Below are positions 52,382 to 64,000 of a stretch of DNA of 64,000 bases, one piece after another. The notes below the pieces were generated by a model that was not told where the DNA came from, made no database searches, and saw nothing but the letters and a program-made list of their open reading frames with translations. The stretch is from Octopus sinensis (lineage: Eukaryota). The translations under genes were made by a program, and so were the position numbers. Numbering within the stretch: the stretch's first letter is position 1; every line of letters starts with the position of its first letter. Location: NCBI RefSeq assembly GCF_006345805.1, contig NC_043008.1, forward strand, positions 10,974,001 to 11,038,000, written 5' to 3'.

Positions 52382-52835
52382 GGATCTTTTCGGTTTGAAC
52401 GGCAGTTTTTTCTAGCAGTGTCACATGAAATTGTCACACATAATTATGACCCTAGTATCGATCTATTGCATTTCAATCTATTTTATATTTAGGGTCAGTT
52501 AGGGTTAGTTAGGATTAGTTAGGGTTAGGGTTAGGGGTGGGGGGAAGGGTATCTTTTTTGCTTCACAAATGTAAATAAACCCAATCTGTTTCTTAAACGA
52601 CGAACATATTCATACGGCACGGAATGTTTTCACCTCAATAGACGGTCATTGATTGGTTGAAATTGCCGAAATGCAAGAAATTAAAGACCAAATATCTTAC
52701 AAACTATAGAATTTTCTCAATAAAGCCGAGAGAAAAAGATGTTTTATAAACACATTCTACCAGTATACGAAGTTTAACATTTTTTTAGTTACCTAGAAAT
52801 TATGTTAAAAACTGCTGTTCAAACTGAAAAGATCC
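52382..52835. mobile_element. MITE (454 bp) with ~29-bp TIRs and 8-bp TSD, carrying TTAGGG-like repeats
   Basis: TIRs GGATCTTTTCGGTTTGAACGGCAGTTTTT / AAAAACTGCTGTTCAAACTGAAAAGATCC. TSD GAAAATAT at 52374-52381 and 52836-52843. Confidence 0.88.
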
Positions 52836-55030
52836 GAAAATATTGTTTTTTTTTTATAAACGAATGAAATATTTTGTTTAATATTATTCTTACACAACGT
52901 GATCAGACATGTTTATGAAACCATTCGCAGTTTTACTCTTAGCAATATTTTGCAATTGGATTTATCACCATAGACATTCTTAACTGAATGATATAATATT
53001 AAAACAAAGACCCGCGGGCAAACATTTGTTAATAAGGAAAGAAAATCAAATCAAATATAGTTCTTTACTCTCAACAAACGCACTACAAAAATGCAATGTA
53101 CTTAGTGACTTATTTTACTATAGTATTTCTGATATTTACATAAATTTTATTCTATTTTGAGATTAATTAAAGCTCTTACAGAACACTGCTGTGATCATTA
53201 ATTAATTCATGCTAAGGAGAAAACAGAAGGTGACATCTACTTTCATTTGATTGGTCGAATTATTTCATAAGCCGTTAAATAAAATTTTCTATCAGTTATA
53301 ATAAAAGAAATATTAATTTAAATCGCAATATTTGTGTGATTAGAAAAGGTATTAGTGAATTTTACAAGAGAAATGGAAAACGAAACAAAGTATCTAGATA
53401 ATTAATAAATTTAAAAGGAAAATATACTAATATGAAGTGTAATGGTGGTATATTGTTTATAATTTAAGAAACAGTGTATTACTCTTCGATAATTTAAAAG
53501 GAAAAGTAATATACAAGGTTACCATCATGTATCATAATCACGTGTCTATGCAGTAATTAAATTTAATTTCCGCGAAATGTTTAACTGTGCTCTGAATATT
53601 ATTTGGAGAAATTTCAAATATTTGCTTCACAAGGTTAAAATCTATTTACCTTCTTGAGTGATCCTTTATACAAATTTTAAATTATTTACATCATATTTCA
53701 AGAAGATAACGTCAATATTATTTAGCTAGCGTTTTAACATTGATTGATTACTGCCCCTTAAACTGCATTCTCCATCATGCGTTTCCCTTTGCTTTCGATT
53801 TACTTGAAAGCTGTCAAGATGGTATCGCTGTACGCTCTCCAAATATATTACATTTGCTCTGTTTGCTAAGGGTTCACATCAACTGACGTTTGATTTACTC
53901 TATTGCTTGTCTTCTTTGGCGGCAACGACAAGAAATTTCTGCCTCGATATACTAACCCGCAGCTTTGTGATTTTAGACAAGACGCAATTCACACTATATC
54001 GATTCTAGATCCTTTGGCTATGGATCTTATGAAGAAAGGCTATAAAATCTACGGTTTTTAAAGAAAGGAAAATGAACGGAAGAAAGATGTAAAGCAGTTT
54101 TAATTTCCAAATGATGAAAGCTGAACATTGTAGCTGATTGCTAAATTAAGGTATAATTAAATAAATGCGTAAAACAGCTTTATCAAAGTAACAACGTGGA
54201 ACAAATAATAATAAAAGAAGCACTACTGAAATTATCAAAGAAAATATTCATAAAATATACTCAATAAGATTACTAATTAGAATTTCTTGTATACATATTT
54301 AACGTTCTAGGTATCTGAAATCCTGTAGCTAATTAAACATGTTATGTTGTTCTGTTGCAATCTACCCGATTCCTACCCAATAGTATATGAAGTAATTTTA
54401 AACAAATATTTTCATAGCAGTAGACTTCCAAGTGTATGATCAATTTCAACTACATGATAGGAAAGTGAGAAAAATAGAACGGCTTGTATTGATCACAAAT
54501 TCAATACATGAAGTATACTAGCGACTTGCGTTTGATAACGTTTGATTACATATAATTGGTTGAAGTTAGATTTTCGTTTCCTGCTTTTGCTATCAAGAAT
54601 TACTGCCTAGTTTTTCATAGATACTCTTTACACCCGCACATACTCTGCTATCGCACTTTCTGTTATGCTGGTAAAATATTATTTTCCAGATAGACACGTA
54701 TTATATACTAAGATAAAATATTCCAGTGTTTTATATATTGTTTTTATCAGATTAGAGTTCGAGAGTTTCTGGAGTTTTTAATGTCTTTCGCTTAGAGAAT
54801 TAATATTGCCTTTATTCCGATACTGCTCTCTAGCCAACGATTAATTGTAGTTTTATTAGGCGAAGGCATAACTGCGTGGTAAGAAATTTATTTCATAACC
54901 GCATGATTTCAGGTTCAGTCCCAGTACATTGCAGCTTGGACAAGTTTCTTCTACTATAGCACTGAGCCGACCAAATTCTTGTGAATGGATTTCGGAGAGG
55001 GAAACTGGAAGAAGCTCGTCGAATATATAT

Positions 55031-55240
55031 AGTTGCAATTTACAAAAAAAAAAAAAACAAGGACAAAAACAAAAACAAAAGACGAATACGGGTGTGTAAA
55101 CAACAAACAGATGTATTAGTTTAACGCTCGGGAAGTGAGAAAATCTTTAACGTTTCGAGCCTACGCTCTTCAACAGAGAGGGACACAGAAAAAAGCAGAA
55201 AGAGAAAATTAAAAAAAGGTTTAGTGGCTAGCGATCAGTC
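55031..55240 (-). mobile_element. Family D short element with hammerhead-variant fold (55144-55180)
   Basis: Minus strand reads TCT-CTGTTGA-A-GAGC-GTAG-GCTC-GAAAC-GTT-AAAGA. Confidence 0.65.
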
Positions 55241-55277
55241 ATGGCGAATCTCTCTCTCTCTCTCCCTCTCTCTTTAC

Positions 55278-55313
<36 letters not shown>

Positions 55314-55314
<1 letters not shown>

Positions 55315-55605
55315 GAGCCACAATGGCCCAGTGGTTAGGGCAGTGGACTCACGGTTTCGATTCCCAGACCGGGCGTTGTGAGTGTTTATTGAGCGAAAAA
55401 ACCTAAAGCTCCTCGCGGCTCCGGCAGGGGATGGTGGCGATCCCTGCTGTACTCTTTCGCCACAACTTTCTTTCTTTCTTCTGTTGGCCTGCTCGCTTAG
55501 CCAGCGGGGTGGCGTCATTTGAAGGCTAAAACAATGCGAAGCGCATGGTGACCAGCGACGTGTAGCAACTTCTGATAGCCTGGTCGGTCACGTTGATCAC
55601 GGTGA
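55314..55605 (+). mobile_element. SINE family B, tail type 4
   Basis: B head and core followed by CTGTTGGCCTGCTCGCTTAGCC…GATCACGGTGA(TA)n. Confidence 0.85.
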
Positions 55606-55620
55606 TATATATATATATAT

Positions 55621-55805
55621 AGTCGGAATTTACAAGAAAACAAAAGACGAAGATAGGCGTGTAAACAACAAACAAGTGTATCTGTTTAACGCTCGGAAAG
55701 GTGATAAAGTCTTTTATGTTTCGAGTATACGCTCTTCAACAGAAAAAAAACACGAGAAAATAAACATAAAGAGAACAAAAAAGCTGTAGTGGCTAGTGGT
55801 CGAAC
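55621..55805 (-). mobile_element. Family D short element with degraded hammerhead-variant fold (55709-55745)
   Basis: Minus strand reads TTTT-CTGTTGA-A-GAGC-GTAT-ACTC-GAAAC-ATA-AAAG. Confidence 0.6.
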
Positions 55806-57372
55806 ATGCATGCATGTATGTATGTATGTATGTATGTATGTATGTATGTATGTATGTATGTATAAATGTGTGTGTGAGGTGTTTGTGTCTGTGCTTGTTC
55901 CGCACCACCGGTTGACAATTTTTGATGCTGTGCTCACGTGGTCATGACGTAGCGGTTCGCCAAAAGACTCAGATAGAATAAGTTCTTAGATTAAAATAAA
56001 AATAAGTGCTGGGCAATTCGTTCGACTAAAATTCTTCAAGGCGGTGCCGCAGCATGACCTTAGTCTAATGACTGAAACAAGCAAAAAGAGAAAAACGCGA
56101 TCATATTCAAATTTGAATGCTGTGGATTCGTAGGATCGGTAAATTCATTGACGTAACGGCATCATTTACGTTTTAATTGGTAATGAGTTCGAATCCCGGT
56201 AACATTAACTTTGCTTTCAGCTCCCCGCGATTGTTAAAAGAAGAACCATTTGTTATCGTTGACTATAGCTATCCTCAAAAGGTCTGTTTCAATCCCTCTG
56301 TCTTTTAGGTAGCATTCTGGTCTGTTTGTGTTCTTTATGCTTTAGCCAGGATTTGCTGCGTTATAGACATCATTATAGACAAAACAAATCACTATTAACA
56401 TATGCGATATATTCTAAATTTGTACATTTATGTTTTGTTTTAAAGAAATGTTTAAATCTATTGCAAAATTAAATTTCTTATTGGATTTGTCATCATACAA
56501 TATTTCTGGTATGTTTTCGTTCCTAGCAGAATAATTTTTTATGTCAATGACTGAAAAAAAGACACTATCCATTTGTTCAAGTGTAGTTAACCTCTATCAC
56601 ATCGTAGAATTTCTTATGACTTTGATGGAAAGGAATTTGATATGATGTATTGAGAAGAATAATTTACTAGTGTTATCTGAATTACATCAAAATATAGTCA
56701 CTCTTTTCTCAAATACAATTCTTTAAACTGAGTTGTGTTTTTGAATGTTCTGAAATTCAATTGTCTCAGCATCTTTTTAAATGCATACAATTAAAACTGA
56801 ACATTTAGATTACAGGATATAATAATTATATTTTAGACAGAAAAAAAGTTTAGAGTTCAACAAAAATCTTTGATAATTTTCCATTAATATGAACTAATTT
56901 TACCACTTTTCTTTCATTTGTGCTTCATTCCACATTGTTTTAAGTTAAATAAATTGATTTAAGTAAAAATCTCACTCCTTCCTAAGCAATATATATCAAA
57001 TTACAAGTCACTAAGAGGTGAAGCTTAACGTATTTGTCAAAATTTTAAATGCATTAAGTATACGATCTTCTAAGATCTATTATTTTAAGTTTTATGCGAT
57101 CTTATATTTTTTCTTAGAAATAAATACAATTTTATATCCAGTTCGGAGTTACAAGAAATTGACAGCCAATGTTAATTGAATTTATTGACGTGAAAGAAAA
57201 AAAAGTGTTGCAGAATACTGGGTGTACAATGTGCCTATATTAGATGAAATGTTCATTAAGTCTAAGCTGAAGTGAAAATAATTTTTTTATTCTAAAATTG
57301 AAAATATCTATTGGTTTTCTGATGAGTCTCCTATGTAAATTCTTTGTTGCTAACATCTCTGTGCTTCTGCAG

Positions 57373-57406
57373 CATTGTAATGGCAATTAAATTACTGACG
57401 ATTTAA
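57373..57406 (+). CDS. Candidate terminal coding exon ((D)IVMAIKLLTI*)
   Basis: Textbook acceptor with branch-like CTAAC and ATCTCTGTGCTTCTGCAG. In phase 2 it gives a short hydrophobic end and TAA. Confidence 0.2.
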
Positions 57407-57666
57407 TAAGTGAACATTTGTAAGTGAAGTGGGTATCTTTATGAAAAAACATGTAAAGGATTATCTTAATATTCTGAAAACCTATCCATGGTTTTGTGAT
57501 ATCTAATGACAAATACAAAAAAATGCTTGGCTAGCTTTGAAGCGCCATTCAAACGAAAACAATAAAAATACGGTCAAAGTAGCGATCAAAGGTGAATACG
57601 ACCTCCCGGTCAACATGTTCTGTTTAAATTTCAGTTTCAGACAAATGATGCTGTATACTACAAAGT

Positions 57667-58015
57667 GAAGGCGCGTGGCTCAGTGGTTAGAGCGTCGAGC
57701 TTACGATCGTGAGGTTGTGAGCTCGAATTCTGGACCGGGCTGCGTGTTGTGTTCTTGAGCAAGACACTTTATTTCACGTTGCTCCAGTTCACTCAGCTGT
57801 AGAAATGAGTTGCGACGTCACAAGTGCCAAGCTGTATCGGCCCCTTTGCCTTTCCCTTGGACAACATCGGTGACGTGGAGAGGGGAGGCCGGTATGCATG
57901 GGCGACTGCTGGTCTTCCATAAAAAAAAAACAACAACCTTGTCCAGACTTGTGCCTCAGAGGGTAACTCCCTAGATGCAAACCCATGGTCAGTGTCTGAC
58001 CGAAGGGGGTCACAC
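57667..58015 (+). mobile_element. tRNA-derived CORE-type SINE, family E, full length with 10-bp TSD
   Basis: TSD ACTACAAAGT at 57657-57666 and 58016-58025. Head GAAGGCGCGTGGCTCAGTGGTTAGAGC. Confidence 0.92.
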
Positions 58016-58901
58016 ACTACAAAGTCTGGGAATAAAAATAATTATTACTCTGTTTTTTTTCTTCTTTTTAATGTAATATTCAAGGTTATCAAATTCTGTG
58101 TGTAAATCTTCTAACAACATACACAGATTACTAATTCTAGAAACGTGTTTATGGCTTTCGTTTGAGTTAATCTGCCAAAATGATTATAGGATTGGGGTAA
58201 CGAGAGCCTCACAAATGTTATACAGTTAGCTGAACCATTTGATTAACTGTGATTATCAGAGCAATTAGTACAGATAATCTCCCTGTGTGTTTAAAATCTC
58301 AAAACACTAAATAAGGGAGATAACTAGAGTAAGAGCACCGTTGAAAATATACATATATATGTGCACGGTGTATTGATCTAATTGCGTTTCAAAAAGAGTT
58401 AAGTGGAGCCACTTATGTAGTGTTCGGCCATACTTCTATTGAACAGAGCACGTCGTATGTGTATGTCTGATTTCTAAACCGAAGACGAGGGAAGGAAACA
58501 AAGAGAACAGCACGTTATAGACATACCCAAAACCTGTTGAGCCAATATATAGAATGAATCGTCTTGAAGGAAGGTTAAGGTGAGAACATTTGCAGTGACA
58601 TTATATATTGGCATGATGTCGCATGTTAAAGTTAAGCCAAATCTTATAATTTTTTCCGCAAACAACAACAGTATATTTCCTATAATCCATCCGCTATCAT
58701 TTACAGCATTTATGAGTATCGCGATCCAATGCCAAAATATAATTCCCGTTCTCTCGAAAGTTGATAACTTCTGATAGCTTGCAATAAATAAATAAATAAA
58801 TATATATATATAAATAATTTAAATTATTTAAAATGTTGATAACTTCTGATAGCTTGCAATATATTATATATATATAAGATATATATATATATATATATAT
58901 A

Positions 58902-58943
<42 letters not shown>

Positions 58944-58984
58944 ATATATATAATATACATATTATTTAAATTATTTAAAAATGT

Positions 58985-59140
58985 TTCAGTTTCAGAGCTG
59001 CGGTCATTCTGCGGCGCCACCGTTGACTGAGCTACAACATTATTGGAAACGTCCTCTGATATATGGCATTTCGTCAATGAGGAAGTTGGATGTGCTGCCC
59101 TCATTTGTGTTTCCTGCCGCGCACTCTCTTTCATACATCC
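58985..59140 (-). mobile_element. CR1/L2-like LINE extreme 3' end
   Basis: Minus translation SARQETQMRAA, then after a frameshift SNFLIDE. The tail is GGTGGCGCCGCAGAATGACCGCAGCTCTGAAACTGAAAC. Confidence 0.7.
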
Positions 59141-59190
59141 CAATATTCATATACATCATTCATTCATCCGTATGTCATATATATATATAT

Positions 59191-59420
59191 GGCGGCGAGC
59201 TGGCAGAAATGTTAGCACGCCGGGAGAAATGCGTAACCGTATTTCGGCTGCCGTTACGTTCTGAGTTCAAATTCCGCCGAGGTCGACTTTGCCTTTCATC
59301 CTTTCGGGGTCGATAAATTAAGTACCAGTTACGCACTGGAGTCGATATAATCGACTTAATCCGTTTATCTGTCCTTGTTTGTCCCCTCTGTGTTTAGCCC
59401 TTGTGGGTAGTAAAGAAATA
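59191..59420 (+). mobile_element. SINE family A, full-length monomer
   Basis: Near consensus; inserted in a TA repeat. Confidence 0.92.
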
Positions 59421-59424
59421 CATA

Positions 59425-59513
<89 letters not shown>

Positions 59514-59557
59514 AGCATGGCTACAGCCTCATGTCCCTACCAAGGCATACACATACA

Positions 59558-59591
<34 letters not shown>

Positions 59592-59804
59592 CATATATAT
59601 ATATGTGTTTGTGTGTATGTATCTGTGTGTGTATGTATATATTTCTATCTCAGTTAATCAACCAACTAACCGACCGAACTCTTTCACTCTTTCACTCCAT
59701 CAATCTACCAATCTCTCACTCAAGCGCGCAATGATTCTGTCAAGCAATCAGCCATTCAAATGGACAGCAGCTCCAAGGGAATGAAACCGGTATGCTCTGT
59801 GTGT

Positions 59805-60451
59805 CTGTATGTGTGTGTATGTATGTATGTATGCATGTATGTATGTATTATGTATGTATGCATGCATGTATGTATGCATGTATGTATGTATGTATATATG
59901 ACTGTACGTATGTATGTATATATGACTGTACGTATGTATGTATGTATGTCTGTACGTATGTATGTATGTATGTATGTATGTATGCATGTATGTACGTATG
60001 TATGCATGCATGTATGTATGCATGTATGTATGTACGTATGTATGTATATATGCATGTATGTATGCATGTATGTACGTATGTATGCATGTATGTATGTATG
60101 TATGTATGTATGTATGTATGTATGTATGTATGTATGTCTGTACGTATGCATGTCTGTATGACTGTACGTATGTATGTATGTATGTATGTATGTACGTATG
60201 TATGTATGTATGCATGTATGTATGTCTGTCTGTCTGTCTGTATGTATGTATGTATGTATGTATGTATGTCTGTACGTATGTATGTATTATGTATGTATGT
60301 ATGCATGTATATATGCATGTATGTATGCATGTATGTATGTATGTATGTATGTCTGTACGTATGTATGCATGTATGTATATATGCATGTATGTATGTATGT
60401 ATGTATGTACGTATGTATGTATGTAGGTAATTACTTATGTATGTATGTACA

Positions 60452-60535
<84 letters not shown>

Positions 60536-60570
60536 CATCTATCTATCTATGTATCTAAATGTCTATCTAT
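59805..60570. repeat. Long degenerate (TATG)n array merging into (TATC)n
   Basis: Directly visible. Confidence 0.95.
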
Positions 60571-61228
60571 CTATCCATCTATCTATTATATATATATATC
60601 AACTACCTATGTACCTATCGGTATATCTTCATATATATTATTCCCTTTTCTCTCTCGCATATATATTTTTTCTTTCACTACATTATACATATATATATAT
60701 ATTATATATATATATATATACATACTCATACACACATGTATACATTCGCTTATGTGGCTGTTCTCTCTTGTAATCCGTCTCTTTCATTATTTTCACTTTC
60801 TCGATTTTCTTCTTTCGCTAATACCACTACCGCTAATGTTCAGGCTGTTTCGTTTCCTGATTATTGACAAAGGTTCCGCCTAATTTTCTTCAGCGTCTAC
60901 AGAATATCTCGTTCTTTTGATTCCTATGTGAATTTAGAAGCGACATTTCTTTTCAATAGAAGTCTGCTTTCTTGAAAAATCCGGAGGAAACTGAACAATC
61001 AACCAACCAATACTTTTCCCAATGAATATTATATTTCCTAATGGAAACTTTATAACCTACTTCTTTCAAATCATATGAACCCCATCACGTATTATATGCA
61101 CACACACACACACACACAACACATGTATATACAGAAATCCATACGTGCACATATATACGTATATATGAATATATATACATATGAATATATATATATATAT
61201 ATATAAATAAATAAGTATATATAAATAA

Positions 61229-61315
<87 letters not shown>

Positions 61316-61748
61316 CATGGCTCTGACTGTATTTTCTCAGAAATGTATATATTACCGTAAGATATGTTTTGTAAACGTCGTACGAATCAAAAAGCAGCGA
61401 TTTATAGAGAACGAGAATTCTCTCTCTCTCTCTCTCTCGCATCACACACACACACACACAACACATATATATACGCATGCAAATACACACGTGTATGCAT
61501 TATATATACTTGGAGCTATGTGTCATTAGAGTTTTTAAGAAAATTAAGTGCGATTGCTAGGAAGGAAGAAACGTATAGACACGCACACACAGACACACAC
61601 ACACACACACAGATATACACGTATGTATTATGCATATATACAGATACATACATATACTTATATATAGGTACACATACTTGTATATGTAGGTATATATATA
61701 TATACACACACACATACCTACATACATAGTATATTATATATATAATAT

Positions 61749-61804
<56 letters not shown>

Positions 61805-63169
61805 GGAATGGAGAAACGGTTTAAGAAGAAAGAGATTATCGGAAACTAAATATGTTGAAGAATGAACTATTTTACTTTAATCAAGATCTTGTCGCATTGA
61901 TCTTGTTTAGCTCCAGTTCCGTTGTGAATGCGAAAATCTTTGACACGTAAACCTATACGTCCGGAGTAGGGCATGAAGCTGCTTCCGCTAGTGGGGCCTT
62001 GTTCCGGTAGGTCTAGGGTTTCTAGGAGTGTGGAATCCTATCTTAGCAAATATTGTCCTGTAGAAATGACAAGTTTTCTATGACTGTACCACTGCAATCC
62101 TTTAAATTTCTCTATTTAATTGAATTAATTTTACAGCAAAAACGGCAATTCATTTTTGGAATATCTCCGTCTTTGTCTCATATATTCCATGTATTACTTC
62201 ACTCTCATAACAACTATTTGTATATAATATTTAAATAGATTCAAGCGTTGCATTTATGTCTACGTACACACACACATGCACACACACATATACATACATT
62301 ATTATTATTATTTACTGTAGTATGGATTAGACGTGTTTTCAAACGCTCCAGTTTTGTTCAACTTAAAGCATTTATTTACACCTGTTTGGTGGGTTTATTT
62401 TTGCATTTTAGCCCAAGTTGTCAAGAGAAAAACTAGTAATCTGTTACTGGTTTTCTACGGTTGTTTAGGTGCTCGAGGGACTATATTCGGCTCACCAAAT
62501 AAGTTTGGTGGTTGTTTAATTAATTTAATCAAACACAATTTAATAAGTTGGGAGAGCGTGTCTTGACAACTGAACTTCCACAAATCTGGTGACTGCAGAA
62601 GATTTCCCTCTCCTTCTCTCCGTTACTGGCAACAATACATGAGAAGGGGAAGAGAAAACGGAAAGAAGAAGAGTACAAAGTCCACCTTGTAGTAACAGAC
62701 GTAGTAGCAGTAACAGCAACAGCGGTAGCCGTGACAACAGCAGTGGCGGCAGCAGCAACAGCAACAGCAGCAGCAATGGCAGCAACAGTTGTAGTAGTGG
62801 TAGCAACAACAACAACGAAAGAGACTGACAGCAACAGCAGCGATGGCAAGGCAACAACAGCATCAACAATAGCAAATGTGAGAGCAACACCAACAAAAAT
62901 AACGCCAACATCAACAACAAGAGCAACAACAACGGCAGCAGCAACGACAGTAACAACAATAACAACAACAACGAGAACATTAGTGACAACAAAAACACGT
63001 TCGCGGCAGCAGTAGCCAAAAAGGAGCAGCGCTTCACCGTGGACCTCACAAATAGAGATGAAATGTTGGCCATAGCATGGAAATTGAGTAGACAAGAAAA
63101 AAACTGGGCCAACCCAACTATTCCGTCAGAGACAATTGAAGGAGTGGAGAAAAGAACCGTACTTTTCAG

Positions 63170-63441
63170 ATGTATAGCGAGGATGACATTCCAAAAGCTG
63201 GAGCAGTTTGAATAGGTACCGATGCTGCACCCACCATATTTATCAGACATTGCCCCATCCGATTATCATTTACTCCGCAATCTTCAAATTTATTTGGACT
63301 GAACAAATATGAATTCTGTTAATGAGGTCAGAACAGTACTGGAGGAGTATTTTTCGTCACAGACAAGTGAATTTTGGAAGAGGGGCCTTGCAAGTCTACA
63401 AGAGCTTTGTAGAGAATGAAGAAGAGTATAGTTTAGATTAA
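63170..63441 (+). mobile_element. Mariner transposase C-terminal remnant
   Basis: Translation IARMTFQKLEQFE*VPMLHPPYLSDIAPSDYHLLRNLQ contains the mariner HPPYSPDLAPSDYHLF motif. After a frameshift it continues SVNEVRTVLEEYFSSQTSEFWKRGLASL…ENEEEYSLD*. Confidence 0.88.
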
Positions 63442-63702
63442 AATGAATTTTATCTTGATTTTGAAAAAAAGGACTATTTGTTGCATGTTCGAATGCTGGC
63501 CATTCAAAAGAAAATCGTGCAATCACATATATGTATGTATGTACGTATGCATGTATGTATACATATACATATATACATATAAATATATATATGCATACAT
63601 ATATGCATAAATATACACATATATGCATACATATAAGCATAAATATACGCATATATATGCATGTATTCATATATGGATAAAATATAGACAATATATATAT
63701 AT

Positions 63703-63738
<36 letters not shown>

Positions 63739-64000
63739 CATATCTTTATATATATGTATATATATATACTTATATGTTTGCGTGTGTGTGTACACACATA
63801 CTCACACACACACCCACATATATATATATTAACGCATATATTATCATTCACAATTATAAAGATATTCAAATGCATATGTAAATGAATACCGACACAACTA
63901 CACATATACAGCATACGAAAAACCAGCAACTATTCCCTCCCCTACCAACACTTCTAGCAGCGTCATCATCATCAAATTATCCCCTCCATCCTCATCACAG

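Larger units (their letters stand above)
54859..56092 (+). mobile_element. Old family C SINE split by nested insertions (head 54859-55030; tail 55870-56092)
   Basis: The two halves are collinear with the 49861-50264 copy and flank three younger inserts. Confidence 0.75.

Noticed and set aside
52489-52550. Interstitial telomere or chromosome-fusion scar
   Set aside because: The repeats are internal to a MITE with TIRs and a TSD.
62529-63250. 188-aa and 236-aa minus-strand ORFs
   Set aside because: They are antisense readings of CAG/CAA low-complexity sequence and the mariner remnant.

Overview
This is AT-rich, microsatellite-saturated eukaryotic DNA. The SINE families and the (TA)n/(TATC)n load point to an octopus (coleoid cephalopod) genome; that assignment is inference from recalled repeat families. 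There is no intact long gene, and nearly all ORFs in the supplied track are translations of simple repeats. The window is mostly intron-like or intergenic sequence filled with four tRNA-derived SINE families. It also holds decayed LINE pieces (CR1/L2-like, Penelope-like RT, Hero-like, R4/Dong-like), two non-autonomous Helitrons, a MITE with an 8-bp TSD, a mariner remnant and a probable solo LTR. The top observation is a near-canonical type I hammerhead ribozyme (33719-33769, +) inside a 313-bp unit with a 28-bp terminal redundancy and an A-tail, which is a retrozyme- or Penelope-LTR-like architecture. Other highlights are four short microsatellite-embedded elements with minimal hammerhead-variant folds, a 324-bp near-perfect fold-back (26835-27158), and SINE multimers with a fixed 184-bp junction enclosed by single TSDs. 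One SINE head is joined to four different 3' tails, and there is a speculative phase-compatible chain of five small + strand exons.
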